A model generated the notes under the pieces. It was not told where the DNA came from. It saw only the letters and a program-made list of their open reading frames with translations, and made no database searches. The position numbers and the translations under genes were made by a program. DNA of 51,192 nt from Octopus bimaculoides (lineage: Eukaryota), in assembly GCF_001194135.2 (NCBI RefSeq), contig NC_068994.1:30248834-30300025 (forward strand). Reading direction: 5' to 3'. This document shows, one piece after another, positions 25,369 through 38,090 of the stretch (position 1 is its first letter; every line of letters starts with the position of its first letter).

Positions 25369-26735
25369 GAATGTAACTGTATTTATAATACTAGGGCTGA
25401 CTGCATGCAGCTACCAAATAGTTCAGGCCTGATCAACTGCTAACTTCCTGTTGAGCACAATAACAATATTTGAATAGTGCCAATGTCTAAGAAAGGGTAC
25501 TATTGATGTTATACACAAAATCATTTTAAAGTCAAAGATGGAGCCTCTCCATGGTCACCCAACCTGCAACAAACACCAACCAAATCTTTTTCAAATAAAC
25601 AACCATCCTAAAAAAGAGCACGTTGGACAATGAATTGTGTAGGTATGTGTAAATGTTAATATGTGTATGCGTGTGTGTGTGTGTGCATATTGCTTTGTGA
25701 ATTGTTATGAATGAGATGAGAAATAAGAACAGATCACATTTTAAAACTGTCATCTTATGTTTTGGGCACCTTTATTCACCAACATGTGGTGGAATTCAAA
25801 TGATCCTTCCAAATAATGCTGGTCTGGTAGGTAACCATGTTTCCATAGCAATAACTGACAGTTTACAGCAACTGATTATCACTGCCATGGAGACTGACAC
25901 CATATTCTATGGAGGGAACAGAGAGTGATAGGACAGAGACAACCTGGTGGTATCAGAAATAGAAGAGCAACTGTTGAAAGTTAGACTTTTATATATATAT
26001 ATATATATATNNNNNNNNNNNNNNNNNNNNNNNNNNNNNNNNNNNNNNNNNNNNNNNNNNNNNNNNNNNNNNNNNNNNNNNNNNAAGAGTGAGAGAGAGA
26101 GAGATAGAAGGGGGACATGATAAGGGAAAAGTGTTAGTGTTTGTGTGTAAATAAAAAGTATGACAAGACAGATACAAAAAGAACGTAAGAATATGGAACA
26201 TGAAAAACAAAAGGAATGTGAATGTGTATGAAAGAGATAGAGTGTGAATGAATAAGATTCATAAAGAGAAAAATGCATGTGTGTTTATGGGATAAATTGG
26301 ACATGCTCAGGAGACCAAATATACCACTAACCACTCTTTTGAATCATGACTATAAAGGTACAGAACCTTATTGTGTTGATGGAGTTTAGTGGAAGAGGTG
26401 TATTTCATGAGTAAATGAGAATCTAGTCAGATGTATGTAGGATACAGTGAAGTTTTTGCCTTGCTATGGGTAGTGAAGGTTGAGTGGGTAGTGTTGAGAA
26501 CATAACTTCTGAAAAGGTGTGCCAGACATCTTATGGAAAATGAAAGAATATGTTGAATAAGAAGGGAGAGAAAGAGAGAGAGAGAGTATAGACATGAGTA
26601 TGAAAGGAAAAGTATGTGTGTAATACTGAGGAGAAAAGATACTGTGGAATTACAAAAAAAAAAGGAGAAAGTGTACAGAGAAATAGTAAGGAGGGAGAGT
26701 GAGAAAATTAGAAAGGAAAGGGGAAAATATAGAAT

Positions 26736-27962
26736 TTAATTGTGCACATCTGTGTGATAGACGTCCATCTGCTGTACAGCAGGGTGGTAAGCAACACTGA
26801 TCTGAGGAGCAAGATTAGTGTGGTAGAGTACATTGCCTGGATGTGGTTGTACAGTGATGTGATGGGGCACATTGGTTAAGGTAGTTATAGTTGTTGCATT
26901 GCCATTGCCATGGTGAGCAGCAGCAGCAGCTGTCACTGCGACTTGCTCTCCATTTTGTTCAGTTTCTACAGTCACAGCAGCTGAAGTCCCTTCTTCTGCA
27001 ACAACACTGATACGAGGTACACAACTCAATTTTCTGACCCCTTTATTTGGCCGCTTGTGTCTTTCCAGATGGTCGATCCGTGTAAAGGCATAGCCACACA
27101 GTTCACACTTGAAAGGCCTCTCTCCAGAGTGAATGCGTTTATGGACACGTAGGTGATCACGCCGGGAAAATGCTTTGTTGCAGACATCACAGTTGAACAA
27201 TTTAGGGCGTGAGTGTATCTTACTGTGAGTGGAGAGCTTGCCTGTTGTTGAGAATCCTTTACCACAAATGTCACATACACATGGCAGGACTGGAATATGC
27301 CCAGAGGATGCAGAAAACTGACCTTGCTTTTGTAGACCAATGGCTTGTGATTGGTTGTATTCTCGCCAGCATTCTTCACAGTCAAATGGTGGATTCGACG
27401 TTACTGGTGCAATCTGGTTGGAGATAACTTGATGTTGTTGTTGTTGTTGTTGAGGATAAACAGGATCACTGGACCTCACTGCATTACTAATATGTAGGTT
27501 TGCATTGTTATTCTTATTACTCTTTTTGACCCGATTTTTCTTCACAGGAGCTGCTTGGGGTGTGGCAATTATTTGGTTGTTGATGTTGTACACTTTGCCA
27601 CTGTGTTGTGTACGTGTGTGCCGTACGAGGTAATCTTTCCGTGAAAATGCACACCCACATATATTGCACTTGAATGGGCGTACTCCAGTATGTATCCGCT
27701 CATGCACAGTGAGATGTGATTTCTGGGAGAAACTGCGATCACAGATCAAACATGTAAAGAGCTTCTCACCGCGATGAGTGCGTTTATGGCGCTCCAGATT
27801 GTGACGGCTGAAAATTTTGCCACAAATATTGCATACTGCTGTCTTATCATTGACAGATGCAGTGGCAGCAGTTGTATTCAGGTGAACTATAGTGGCAGCT
27901 GTTTCTAAATCCTGCACATCACAATGGATCAAAGTCGCAGTACTGGGCATAAGATTATTCAT
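26736..27962 (-). CDS. C2H2 zinc-finger protein (ZNF-B), 408 aa from the first ATG: two triads of fingers separated by a poly-Q/low-complexity linker
   Basis: Uninterrupted ORF with C2H2 motifs and TGVRP/SGERP linkers. First ATG at 27962. Acceptor-like TTTTGTTTTCTAAG ends at 28007 and the frame is open back to it, so an upstream coding exon cannot be excluded. Confidence 0.9.
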   Translation of the reverse strand: MNNLMPSTATLIHCDVQDLETAATIVHLNTTAATASVNDKTAVCNICGKIFSRHNLERHKRTHRGEKLFTCLICDRSFSQKSHLTVHERIHTGVRPFKCNICGCAFSRKDYLVRHTRTQHSGKVYNINNQIIATPQAAPVKKNRVKKSNKNNNANLHISNAVRSSDPVYPQQQQQQHQVISNQIAPVTSNPPFDCEECWREYNQSQAIGLQKQGQFSASSGHIPVLPCVCDICGKGFSTTGKLSTHSKIHSRPKLFNCDVCNKAFSRRDHLRVHKRIHSGERPFKCELCGYAFTRIDHLERHKRPNKGVRKLSCVPRISVVAEEGTSAAVTVETEQNGEQVAVTAAAAAHHGNGNATTITTLTNVPHHITVQPHPGNVLYHTNLAPQISVAYHPAVQQMDVYHTDVHN

Positions 27963-28648
27963 TGGTGACAAGGTAGAAAATCCAGAAACATACAAATAAT
28001 TGAGATCTTAGAAAACAAAAAACTGACCCCTGGCTTTCTACAGTGAAACGGGGTTAAATATTGTCTTCATAGTAATTAGTTTTGTCTAATGAAAATAAAA
28101 TGTTCATTAGGTTGCTTTCTTCCCTAATTACTGGTTAGTCACACTCTGTATAATTTTTCTTTATAAAACTTCATATATATAACTTTTAAAAATAGTTCAT
28201 AACAAAATGCTGACAGCTACCATAACTAAAGATTTAAAAAAGTAGTAGTAGTAGTAGTATCAGCAAACATTAACAGGAGTCAGTTGACTTTGTGAATTGA
28301 ATAACATGACAACACAAATAGAACCTCTTCCAAATAGTCTGCTTTGATTTCATTCCTCTCAGCTATCTCAAACAGTTGTGATAAGAACAAGAACACAACT
28401 CTGTAGAAACATGAGAGTGGATTAGCCCAAAGTTGGTAATAGATATGTGTGTCTATACGTATATGTATGTATATATATATATATATACATACAGAGAGAG
28501 GAAAGAAGTTAGTCAATATGTAGTGTTGGAGATAAAGGCACTTGGGTGACGTGGAGCAGCTAATATTTTGGTAATACACTTCAGCACAGCATCAACCTAC
28601 AAAGATAAGAATAACATTTATATAAATCAAATGAATGTCAAAAAGTTT

Positions 28649-28718
<70 letters not shown>

Positions 28719-29673
28719 CATATATATGTAATAGCCACAATTATACATATATACACCATTCAGAAGTTGAGAGAATAGCTTAAGGTCAACATTTACTTTT
28801 ATTGTAACTATGTCTACATCATTATAACTAATCCAATTCATATACATAAATTAACCAGTAGGAACAAAGCAAAGTAGAGATGGTCGGTACCAGCAATAAG
28901 TACAAACAGTTGAAAAGTGGAGAAAATTGAGGGCAGATATGTCAGATGGGCACCTCACTGTGCCATCCTCACCTTCAGACTCAAAGATTATGAACTTGCT
29001 CCTAGGAATTCCATGTGGAAAAATATGGGAGATTGTGGTTCTGGAAAAATATATATGTCTGTGTTTATCCCCCCATCACCCACCACCACTTGACAGCAAG
29101 TACTGGTGTGTTTATGTCTCCATAACGTAGTGGTTAGGTAAAAGATACTGATAGAATAAATGCCAAGCTTAAAAAAAAAAGTACTGGGATTGATTCATTC
29201 AACTAAATTCTTGAAGGCACGACTGCAGACTAATGACTAACAAGTAAAAGATATAACAGATAAATATCCTCAAAATTTCAATCTTTTTAAATTCCACCAC
29301 TCCCCCATCTCCATACCAACACCTCAGATGTTTTTAAACTTGACTATTCATTCCCTCATGCAAGGATACTAGTCAAACCAGCAGAAATGAACAGCAGCTC
29401 AACATGTCTAAGATAACAGCCAAATCTCTGAAAAATAAGTTTTTCCAGAATTTCCTCTTTTTTTTATACTACTTCCTTCCTTTGCTTTCAAAATAACAGA
29501 ACCCACTCCAAAGAAATATGGAATGCATCAACACAATTGTCCCTGCTTAACCCAACCAACTTGCACTGAAATATTTGGTAAATTTTTTTGTCCACACCTG
29601 TTTTATTAACGAGAAGATGAAGAAATACCTGATGTTCATCAATCTGTCAATCCACTACCTCAATAATAATAAT

Positions 29674-30276
29674 AGTCCTTTCTACTATAGGTACAAGGCC
29701 TGAAATTTCGGGGGAGGGGATAAGTTGATTACATTGACCCCAGTGCTCAACTGGTATTTATTTTATCCACCCTAAAAAGATGAAAAACTAAGTAAACTTC
29801 GGTAGAATTTGAACTCAGAATGTAAAGACAGATGAAATGCCACTAAGCATTTTGCCTGGCATAGTAATGATTCAGCCAACTCACTGACTTAATAATAATA
29901 ATAATAATAATGGTTTCAAATTTTGTCACAAAGGCAGCAATTTAAGGTGAGGGGATGAGTTGATTACATTGACCCCAGTGTTCGACTGGTATTTATTTTA
30001 ATGACCCCCGAGAGGATGAAAAGCTAAGTCGACCATGGCAGAATTTGAACTCAGAACGTAGTGATAGGCAAAATGCCACTAAGTGTTTTGTCTGTGCTAA
30101 TGATTCTGCCAACTCGCTGCCTTAATAATAATAATGGTTTCTAACAGAGGCACAAAAAGATTTGTGGAGAGGAGGTAAATTAATTCAATCACCTCCACCA
30201 CTGTACTTGACTGATACTTTATTTAATCAATCTCAAAGGGATGAAGGCTAACCTTGGCAAGATTTGAACTCAGAAC
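29674..30276 (-). mobile_element. Head-to-tail trimer of family C SINEs separated by (AAT)n
   Basis: Copies at 29674-29890, 29912-30123 and 30136-30276 (truncated), each preceded on the plus strand by an (AAT)n run. Confidence 0.75.
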
Positions 30277-30339
30277 AGTTAAGTTATGGGGATATAAAGA
30301 AATCAACAAAACATAAAGACATGCACACATAGATACATA

Positions 30340-30515
30340 CATGTATATCTGCATATATGATAGGCTTCTTTCAGTTTTTACCTACCAGATCCACTCACAA
30401 TACTTTAGTAAACCTGGGGAGAGTAGAAGACACTTGTCTAAGGTGCCACAGAGTGGAATTGAACCTAAGGCCATATGGTTGGGAAACAAGTTTCTTAACC
30501 ACACAGTCACGGCTG
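30340..30515 (-). mobile_element. family B SINE head
   Basis: GGCTTCTTTCAGTTT...ATCCACTCACAA...CTAAGGTGCCAC...AACCACACAGTCACG, reverse complement of 465-630. Confidence 0.65.
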
Positions 30516-30954
30516 CATATNNNNNNNNNNNNNNNNNNNNNNNNNNNNNNNNNNNNNNNNNNNNNNNNNNNNNNNNNNNNNNNNNNNNNNNNNNNNNNNN
30601 NNNNNNNNNNNNNNNNNNNNTATATATATATATATATATATATATATGATATAGTGTACATTTAATACACATTAGAGATGCCCATAAAAGGACATCTGAC
30701 CCGCTAGAAAGAGCAGCCAAAGCTCTACACCACAAAATTAGGGATAATTTCGAAAGGAATGAAAAATAAAAACATTTACATCTATATTTCGAACCAGGTT
30801 TCAAGTTATTTTAGCAAAACAAACTATTTTGCAAGGCCAACTATCATCAGCGAAATAGCCGAGATCGGCATATATGTACAAGGCACTACATAGAGAACAT
30901 GACTTGTGCATATATGTCTAATTTTTCAAAAATGCGCGGTAACACATCTCTGAT

Positions 30955-31400
30955 GCTCAGATAACACTGTACTCATCATCCAAACCACAGATCAAGTACA
31001 GAAAAGCTAACAGAGCTGTACAGCTACAGCTCAGTAATAGGTTATAAAATCAACTACATGAAAACAAAATACATAGCGATAGCACAAGACTAAATAGAGG
31101 TGGGAGGCAATGAAATCAAGGAATTAAAGGAATACATCTACTGGAGACACATAGTGAATATGTACTGAGACAGGGATGCTGAAATCTCAAAAATAATGGC
31201 AGGTTGGAAGGCTTTTATCTTGATAAAAGATGTGCACAAAAGAAAGCTGGACAAGACTCTACGTAACGAGTCTCTTCAATATCCTGACCTACCTATGTTC
31301 TTATATGCAAATGAAAAAAAAAACAGGGATGAAAATTGATTGGCTACGACACAAAGGATCATGGAAAGATCCATGCTAGAAACATCACATGCTCTGGCTG
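30955..31400 (+). mobile_element. Decayed RTE-clade reverse transcriptase C-terminal fragment
   Basis: Translation with stops and shifts: DNTVLI (ADD-like), IGYKINYMKTKYI, EYIY, EIS..MAGWKAF, LPMFLY, LATTQRIMERSML. Confidence 0.7.
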
Positions 31401-31430
31401 CATCAGGCTACATAATATATATATACATAC

Positions 31431-31486
<56 letters not shown>

Positions 31487-32451
31487 AATATATATATATA
31501 CATATATATATATGCATACACATATATGCACCNNNNNNNNNNNNNNNNNNNNNNNNNNNNNNNNNNNNNNNNNNNNNNNNNNNNNNNNNNNNNNNNNNNN
31601 NNNNNNNNNNNNNNNNNNNNNNNNNNNNNNNNNNNNNNNNNNNNNNNNNNNNNNNNNNNNNNNNNNNNNNNNNNNNNNNNNNNNNNNNNNNNNNNNNNNN
31701 NNNNNNNNNNNNNNNNNNNNNNNNNNNNNNNNNNNNNNNNNNNNNNNNNNNNNNNNNNNNNNNNNNNNNNNNNNNNNNNNNNNNNNNNNNNNNNNNNNNN
31801 NNNNNNNNNNNNNNNNNNNNNNNNNNNNNNNNNNNNNNNNNNNNNNNNNNNNNNNNNNNNNNNNNNNNNNNNNNNNNNNNNNNNNNNNNNNNNNNNNNNN
31901 NNNNNNNNNNNNNNNNNNNNNNNNNNNNNNNNNNNNNNNNNNNNNNNNNNNNNNNNNNNNNNNNNNNNNNNNNNNNNNNNNNNNNNNNNNNNNNNNNNNN
32001 NNNNNNNNNNNNNNNNNNNNNNNNNNNNNNNNNNNNNNNNNNNNNNNNNNNNNNNNNNNNNNNNNNNNNNNNNNNNNNNNNNNNNNNNNNNNNNNNNNNN
32101 NNNNNNNNNNNNNNNNNNNNNNNNNNNNNNNNNNNNNNNNNNNNNNNNNNNNNNNNNNNNNNNNNNNNNNNNNNNNNNNNNNNNNNNNNNNNNNNNNNNN
32201 NNNNNNNNNNNNNNNNNNNNNNNNNNNNNNNNNNNNNNNNNNNNNNNNNNNNNNNNNNNNNNNNTGCTATATAAATTTAGGGTAAAATAACCCCCTTTTA
32301 CCCACACCCACTTATTACACTTGGTATAACACTAGTGTAACAATAATTGGGTACCCTCCCAGCAGTATATTGGATAGATACTATCCCTTAGTGGGTTGAA
32401 TCCTCAATCCCTAACTCTCTTGCATTATATATATATATATATATATATATA

Positions 32452-33445
32452 TCATCATCATTGTAGTTTAACGTTCCACTGGCACGAGTGCCAATCAGGT
32501 GGTACTGTCATCGGCCATGTCAGCGATTTTGATTTGATTTCACTTGCCTCAATAGGTCATCGCAAGCAAAGTTTATTGTCCACTGAATCAGAGGTATCCA
32601 TAAGTGGGCTGGTTACACCCACTGGCATAGGCCACAGGCTATGGTCTCACTTGGCTTGTCGGTTCTTCTCAGGCACAGCATATCTCCAAAGGTCTTGGTC
32701 AGTAATCATTGCCTCGGTAAGGCCCAATGTTTGAAGGTCTTGCTTCACCACCTCATCCCAGGTTTTCCTGGGTCTACCTCTTCCACAGGTTCCCTCAACT
32801 GCTAGGGTGTGACACTTTTTCACACAATTGTCCTCATTCATTCGCAACACATGACCATACCAGCGCAGTCATCTCTGTTGCACACCACATCGGATGCTTC
32901 TTAAATCCAACTTCTCTCTCAGGGCGTTTACACTCTGTCGTGTATGCACACTGACATTACACATCCAGCGGAGTATACTGGCTTCATTTCTTGCAAGCTT
33001 ACGCATGTCTTCAGCAGTCACGGACCATGTAGCATGGCTGTTCATACATATGCGTCATACAGTCTACCTTTTACTCTGAGCGAGAGGCCCTTTGTCACCA
33101 GCAGAGGTCGAAACTCTCTGAATTTTGCCCAGGCTATTCGTATTCTAGCAACTACACTTTCAGAGCATCCACCCCCACAACTGAGTAGGTCCCCTGGGTA
33201 ATGGAAGCTATCAACTACTTGTAATTTTTCTCCCTGGAATGTGACAGAAGTTGTTCTCTGCACATTTTCAGTGTTTATAGAACCTGAACATTTGCTACAT
33301 ACAAAATCTATTTTCCCAGTTAGCCCTTTGATATTGCTGCACCTCTTCCATGTCCATAGCTTACACTGGGTACATCTTAGGGAGTTTCTACCTATGCCTT
33401 TTCTACAGATCGAGGAGGGCCATCTACCTGAAGGGATTTGTGGAC
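32452..33445 (-). mobile_element. RTE-clade LINE 3' end (RT C-terminus with Cys-rich insert, 3' UTR, (GAT)n tail)
   Basis: VVDSFHYPGD, RIRIAWAKFRE, KGRLYDAYV, LRWYGHVLRM, GRGRPRKTW, DLWR. Terminus GGAACGTTAAACTACAATGATGATGAT. Confidence 0.88.
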
Positions 33446-33527
33446 TATCTGCCTTCCTACTTATACATTTATATACATACATATATGTATATATAAATAC
33501 ATATACAAATATATATATATATATATA

Positions 33528-33915
33528 ATCATCATCATCATCATCATCATCATCGTTTAACGTCCGCTTTCCATGCTAGCATGGGTTGGACGATTTGACA
33601 GAGTTTCTACAGCTGGATGCCCTTCCTAATGCCAACCACTCCGAGAGTGTAGTGGGTGTTTTACGTGCCACCAGCACGAGGGCCAGTCAGGCGGGACTAG
33701 CAACGGCCACGCTCGAAATGGTGTGTTTTACGTGCCACCTGCACAGGAGCCAGTCCATCAGCACTGTCAACGATCTCGCTTGAATATCTTTTCACGTGCC
33801 ACTGGCACAAGTGCCTGGGAGGCGATGTTGGTAACGATCAACGGCCACGCTCGAAATGGTGTATTTTACGTGCCATCTGCATAGGGGCCAGCCCATCGGC
33901 TCTGGCAACGATCTT
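33528..33915 (-). mobile_element. family A SINE with internal tandem modules
   Basis: (CAT)nCGTTTAACGTCCGCTTTCCATGCTAGC; two copies of ACGGCCACGCTCGAAATGGTGT..TTTACGTGCCA. Confidence 0.85.
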
Positions 33916-35756
33916 GCTTTCATGTGCAACTGATGAAGGGTTGTTTTTTTATGTTGCTTGTTTTGTTTTCCATGTTTTCGTACTCTTTTACTCTTTTCCT
34001 TGTTACAGTTATTTGACTGCGGTTATGCTGGAGCACCACCTTTATAGTAGAGCAAATCGACCCCAGGGCTTATTCTTTGTAAGCCTAGTACTTATTCTAT
34101 TGGAATAAGTACTAGGAAATAGGAAAAAGTAGAAATATCTGTACGTATAGGAAAGTAATAATTAATAATTTTATCAATACTGTTAAACGTTCAAATTTAC
34201 TTAATAGTTAATAACACTATCTTTTTATATGTTTTCCTGTTCTTAACTCTTTCGTNNNNNNNNNNNNNNNNNNNNNNNNNNNNNNNNNNNNNNNNNNNNN
34301 NNNNNNNNNNNNNNNNNNNNNNNNNNNNNNNNNNNNNNNNNNNNNNNNNNNNNNNNNNNNNNNNNNNNNNNNNNNNNNNNNNNNNNNNNNNNNNNNNNNN
34401 NNNNNNNNNNNNNNNNNNNNNNNNNNNNNNNNNNNNNNNNNNNNNNNNNNNNNNNNNNNNNNNNNNNNNNNNNNNNNNNNNNNNNNNNNNNNNNNNNNNN
34501 NNNNNNNNNNNNNNNNNNNNNNNNNNNNNNNNNNNNNNNNNNNNNNNNNNNNNNNNNNNNNNNNNNNNNNNNNNNNNNNNNNNNNNNNNNNNNNNNNNNN
34601 NNNNNNNNNNNNNNNNNNNNNNNNNNNNNNNNNNNNNNNNNNNNNNNNNNNNNNNNNNNNNNNNNNNNNNNNNNNNNNNNNNNNNNNNNNNNNNNNNNNN
34701 NNNNNNNNNNNNNNNNNNNNNNNNNNNNNNNNNNNNNNNNNNNNNNNNNNNNNNNNNNNNNNNNNNNNNNNNNNNNNNNNNNNNNNNNNNNNNNNNNNNN
34801 NNNNNNNNNNNNNNNNNNNNNNNNNNNNNNNNNNNNNNNNNNNNNNNNNNNNNNNNNNNNNNNNNNNNNNNNNNNNNNNNNNNNNNNNNNNNNNNNNNNN
34901 NNNNNNNNNNNNNNNNNNNNNNNNNNNNNNNNNNNNNNNNNNNNNNNNNNNNNNNNNNNNNNNNNNNNNNNNNNNTAGACAGTTACCCAGAATAACAAAT
35001 TACTGGAGCGATCAGGAACCTTTTGGCGATGAATATATTTCCAGTATTATGAACAAGTACGATTCGTGAAGCTGAACCAATATTTACATGTGAGAGACAC
35101 TAGCAGTGCCCCAGAGACAAAAATTATACAATAGAATTGATTAAGAACCCTTTCTTTAATTATGTTCCAAATATCACATTAATATGTTGATAAATAAAAA
35201 AGTTACAGGTGTTTAATGAGACTAGTCTAAATTCATGATTATTTTAGAATTTAATTGAAACTCATGAGGGGTGTATTTTGGTCAGAAATATAGTAACGAA
35301 AGTGTTAATCCACAGAAAGCATTTCTTCATTAGATGAATTATGCCTTTAACTTGACAGATGATTATTATTATAAAACCATGACATTTTATGTATTGTACT
35401 AATTATTGCTTTTCTATACATACAGATATTTCTACTTTCTCATTTTATTTGCATTATTTAAATATTAGGATACGTCTTTTTGAATTTACAAGACCTCAAG
35501 AGTGTCCTCATTATGAGTGGAACTTATGTTGATCGATTTATTGTAAATTGCCTAGATCTTTTCCACTATTATGTGGCCACGAAACACGTGTAGTCTATTA
35601 TTCACTTTCTTTTTTTATAGATTTTATAGATTTTTAAATTAGTATTTTGAAGAGTACATTTTTCTTGATGGTGTCTGATCTCCTTCGGTGTTTGGATTGC
35701 ATCTTAGTGGTTCTTCTCTAAATTATTAATATATTTTTCATTATAAAATTAAATTT

Positions 35757-36014
35757 CATCATCATCATCATCGTCGTTTAACGTCCGCTTTCCATGCTAG
35801 CATGGGTTGGACGATTTGACTGAGGACTGGTGAACCAGATGGCTACACCAGGCTCCAATCTGATTTGGCAGAGTTTCTACAGCTGGATGCCCTTCCTAAC
35901 GCCAACCACTCAGAGAGTGTAGTGGGTGCTTTTACGTGTCACCCGCACGAAGGCCAGTCAGGCGGTGCGGTACTGGCAACGGCCACGCTCGAAATGGTGT
36001 ATTTTATGTGCCAC
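35757..36014 (-). mobile_element. family A SINE, cut by a gap
   Basis: (CAT)nCGTCGTTTAACGTCCGCTTTCCATGCTAGCATGGGTTGG, very close to the copy at 30-460. Confidence 0.85.
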
Positions 36015-36727
36015 NNNNNNNNNNNNNNNNNNNNNNNNNNNNNNNNNNNNNNNNNNNNNNNNNNNNNNNNNNNNNNNNNNNNNNNNNNNNNNNNNNNNNN
36101 NNNNNNNNNNNNNNNNNNNNNNNNNNNNNNNNNNNNNNNNNNNNNNNNNNNNNNNNNNNNNNNNNNNNNNNNNNNNNNNNNNNNNNNNNNNNNNNNNNNN
36201 NNNNNNNNNNNNNNNNNNNNNNNNNNNNNNNNNNNNNNNNNNNNNNNNNNNNNNNNNNNNNNNNNNNNNNNNNNNNNNNNNNNNNNNNNNNNNNNNNNNN
36301 NNNNNNNNNNNNNNNNNNNNNNNNNNNNNNNNNNNNNNNNNNNNNNNNNNNNNNNNNNNNNNNNNNNNNNNNNNNNNNNNNNNNNNNNNNNNNNNNNNNN
36401 NNNNNNNNNNNNNNNNNNNNNNNNNNNNNNNNNNNNNNNNNNNNNNNNNNNNNNNNNNNNNNNNNNNNNNNNNNNNNNNNNNNNNNNNNNNNNNNNNNNN
36501 NNNNNNNNNNNNNNNNNNNNNNNNNNNNNNNNNNNNNNNNNNNNNNNNNNNNNNNNNNNNNNNNNNNNNNNNNNNNNNNNNNNNNNNNNNNNNNNNNNNN
36601 NNNNNNNNNNNNNNNNNNNNNNNNNNNNNNNNNNNNNNNNNNNNNNNNNNNNNNNNNNNNNNNNNNNNNNNNNNNNNNNNNNNNNNNNNNNNNNNNNNNN
36701 NNNNNNNNNNNNNNNNNNNNNNNNNNN

Positions 36728-36770
<43 letters not shown>

Positions 36771-36777
36771 TATATAT

Positions 36778-36998
36778 CGTAGTGAAGGCAATGTGTGAAT
36801 TACTACAGCATTAAGTGTTCACTGTTGGCAATATATATTTATCGACCATTGATAAGTGAACATCTATAAGAGAATCACCAACAGCTTGCACACATTAAAT
36901 AAACAAACATAAGAGCCAAGTTTGAGTTTAAAATAATGCAATAACATTGGCGCAGAATGCGACAGGGAATTTTGAAACAGGTTAACATAGGTGCACAC
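36778..36998 (+). repeat. Unclassified repeat X, copy 1
   Basis: CGTAGTGAAGGCAATGTGTGAATTA...ACAGCTTGCACACATTAAATAAACAAACAT...GCGACAGG...GGTTAAC, shared with 43151-43280 and 45894-46149. Confidence 0.7.
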
Positions 36999-37243
36999 AT
37001 ACATATATGTATACACACAAACACACATATACCACCCACCACTGACGACTTCCCAGCTCCACACCATTATCCATACACCTACACATACATGCTCTCTTAG
37101 ACACACCATGCGCACGTTTATTTTGGGATCACCAATACTTTATTATCTCCCCTTCTTCCTAGCTCTCCTGTGTGACCCCTCTGTTTGGCATTCGCCATGA
37201 TAGATCATTAGCCCACTACACATTTGTTACTTTCTCTCATTTG

Positions 37244-37351
37244 TTTCTGTGGAAGCACGTAGGCTCGAAACATTTTCACTCCTGGAGCGTTAAACTAATA
37301 CATCTGTTTGTTGTCTAAACCACCGGTCTTCGTCTTTTGTGAATTCTCCCC
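37244..37351 (+). mobile_element. Hammerhead-module repeat, copy 1 (ribozyme fold partly deleted)
   Basis: TTTCTGTGGAAGCACGTAGGCTCGAAAC followed by GAGCGTTAAACTAATACATCTGTTTGTTGTCT...TTCTCCCC and a TA microsatellite. Confidence 0.6.
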
Positions 37352-37363
37352 ATATGTGTATGT

Positions 37364-37424
<61 letters not shown>

Positions 37425-38090
37425 NNNNNNNNNNNNNNNNNNNNNNNNNNNNNNNNNNNNNNNNNNNNNNNNNNNNNNNNNNNNNNNNNNNNNNNNNNNN
37501 NNNNNNNNNNNNNNNNNNNNNNNNNNNNNNNNNNNNNNNNNNNNNNNNNNNNNNNNNNNNNNNNNNNNNNNNNNNNNNNNNNNNNNNNNNNNNNNNNNNN
37601 NNNNNNNNNNNNNNNNNNNNNNNNNNNNNNNNNNNNNNNNNNNNNNNNNNNNNNNNNNNNNNNNNNNNNNNNNNNNNNNNNNNNNNNNNNNNNNNNNNNN
37701 NNNNNNNNNNNNNNNNNNNNNNNNNNNNNNNNNNNNNNNNNNNNNNNNNNNNNNNNNNNNNNNNNNNNNNNNNNNNNNNNNNNNNNNNNNNNNNNNNNNN
37801 NNNNNNNNNNNNNNNNNNNNNNNNNNNNNNNNNNNNNNNNNNNNNNNNNNNNNNNNNNNNNNNNNNNNNNNNNNNNNNNNNNNNNNNNNNNNNNNNNNNN
37901 NNNNNNNNNNNNNNNNNNNNNNNNNNNNNNNNNNNNNNNNNNNNNNNNNNNNNNNNNNNNNNNNNNNNNNNNNNNNNNNNNNNNNNNNNNNNNNNNNNNN
38001 NNNNNNNNNNNNNNNNNNNNNNNNNNNNNNNNNNNNNNNNNNNNNNNNNNNNNNNNNNNNNNNNNNNNNNNNNNNNNNNNNNNNNNNNNN

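Noticed and set aside
29662-30276. CRISPR-like repeat-spacer array
   Set aside because: The units are ~200-bp diverged SINEs separated by microsatellites in a eukaryotic context, with no cas genes.
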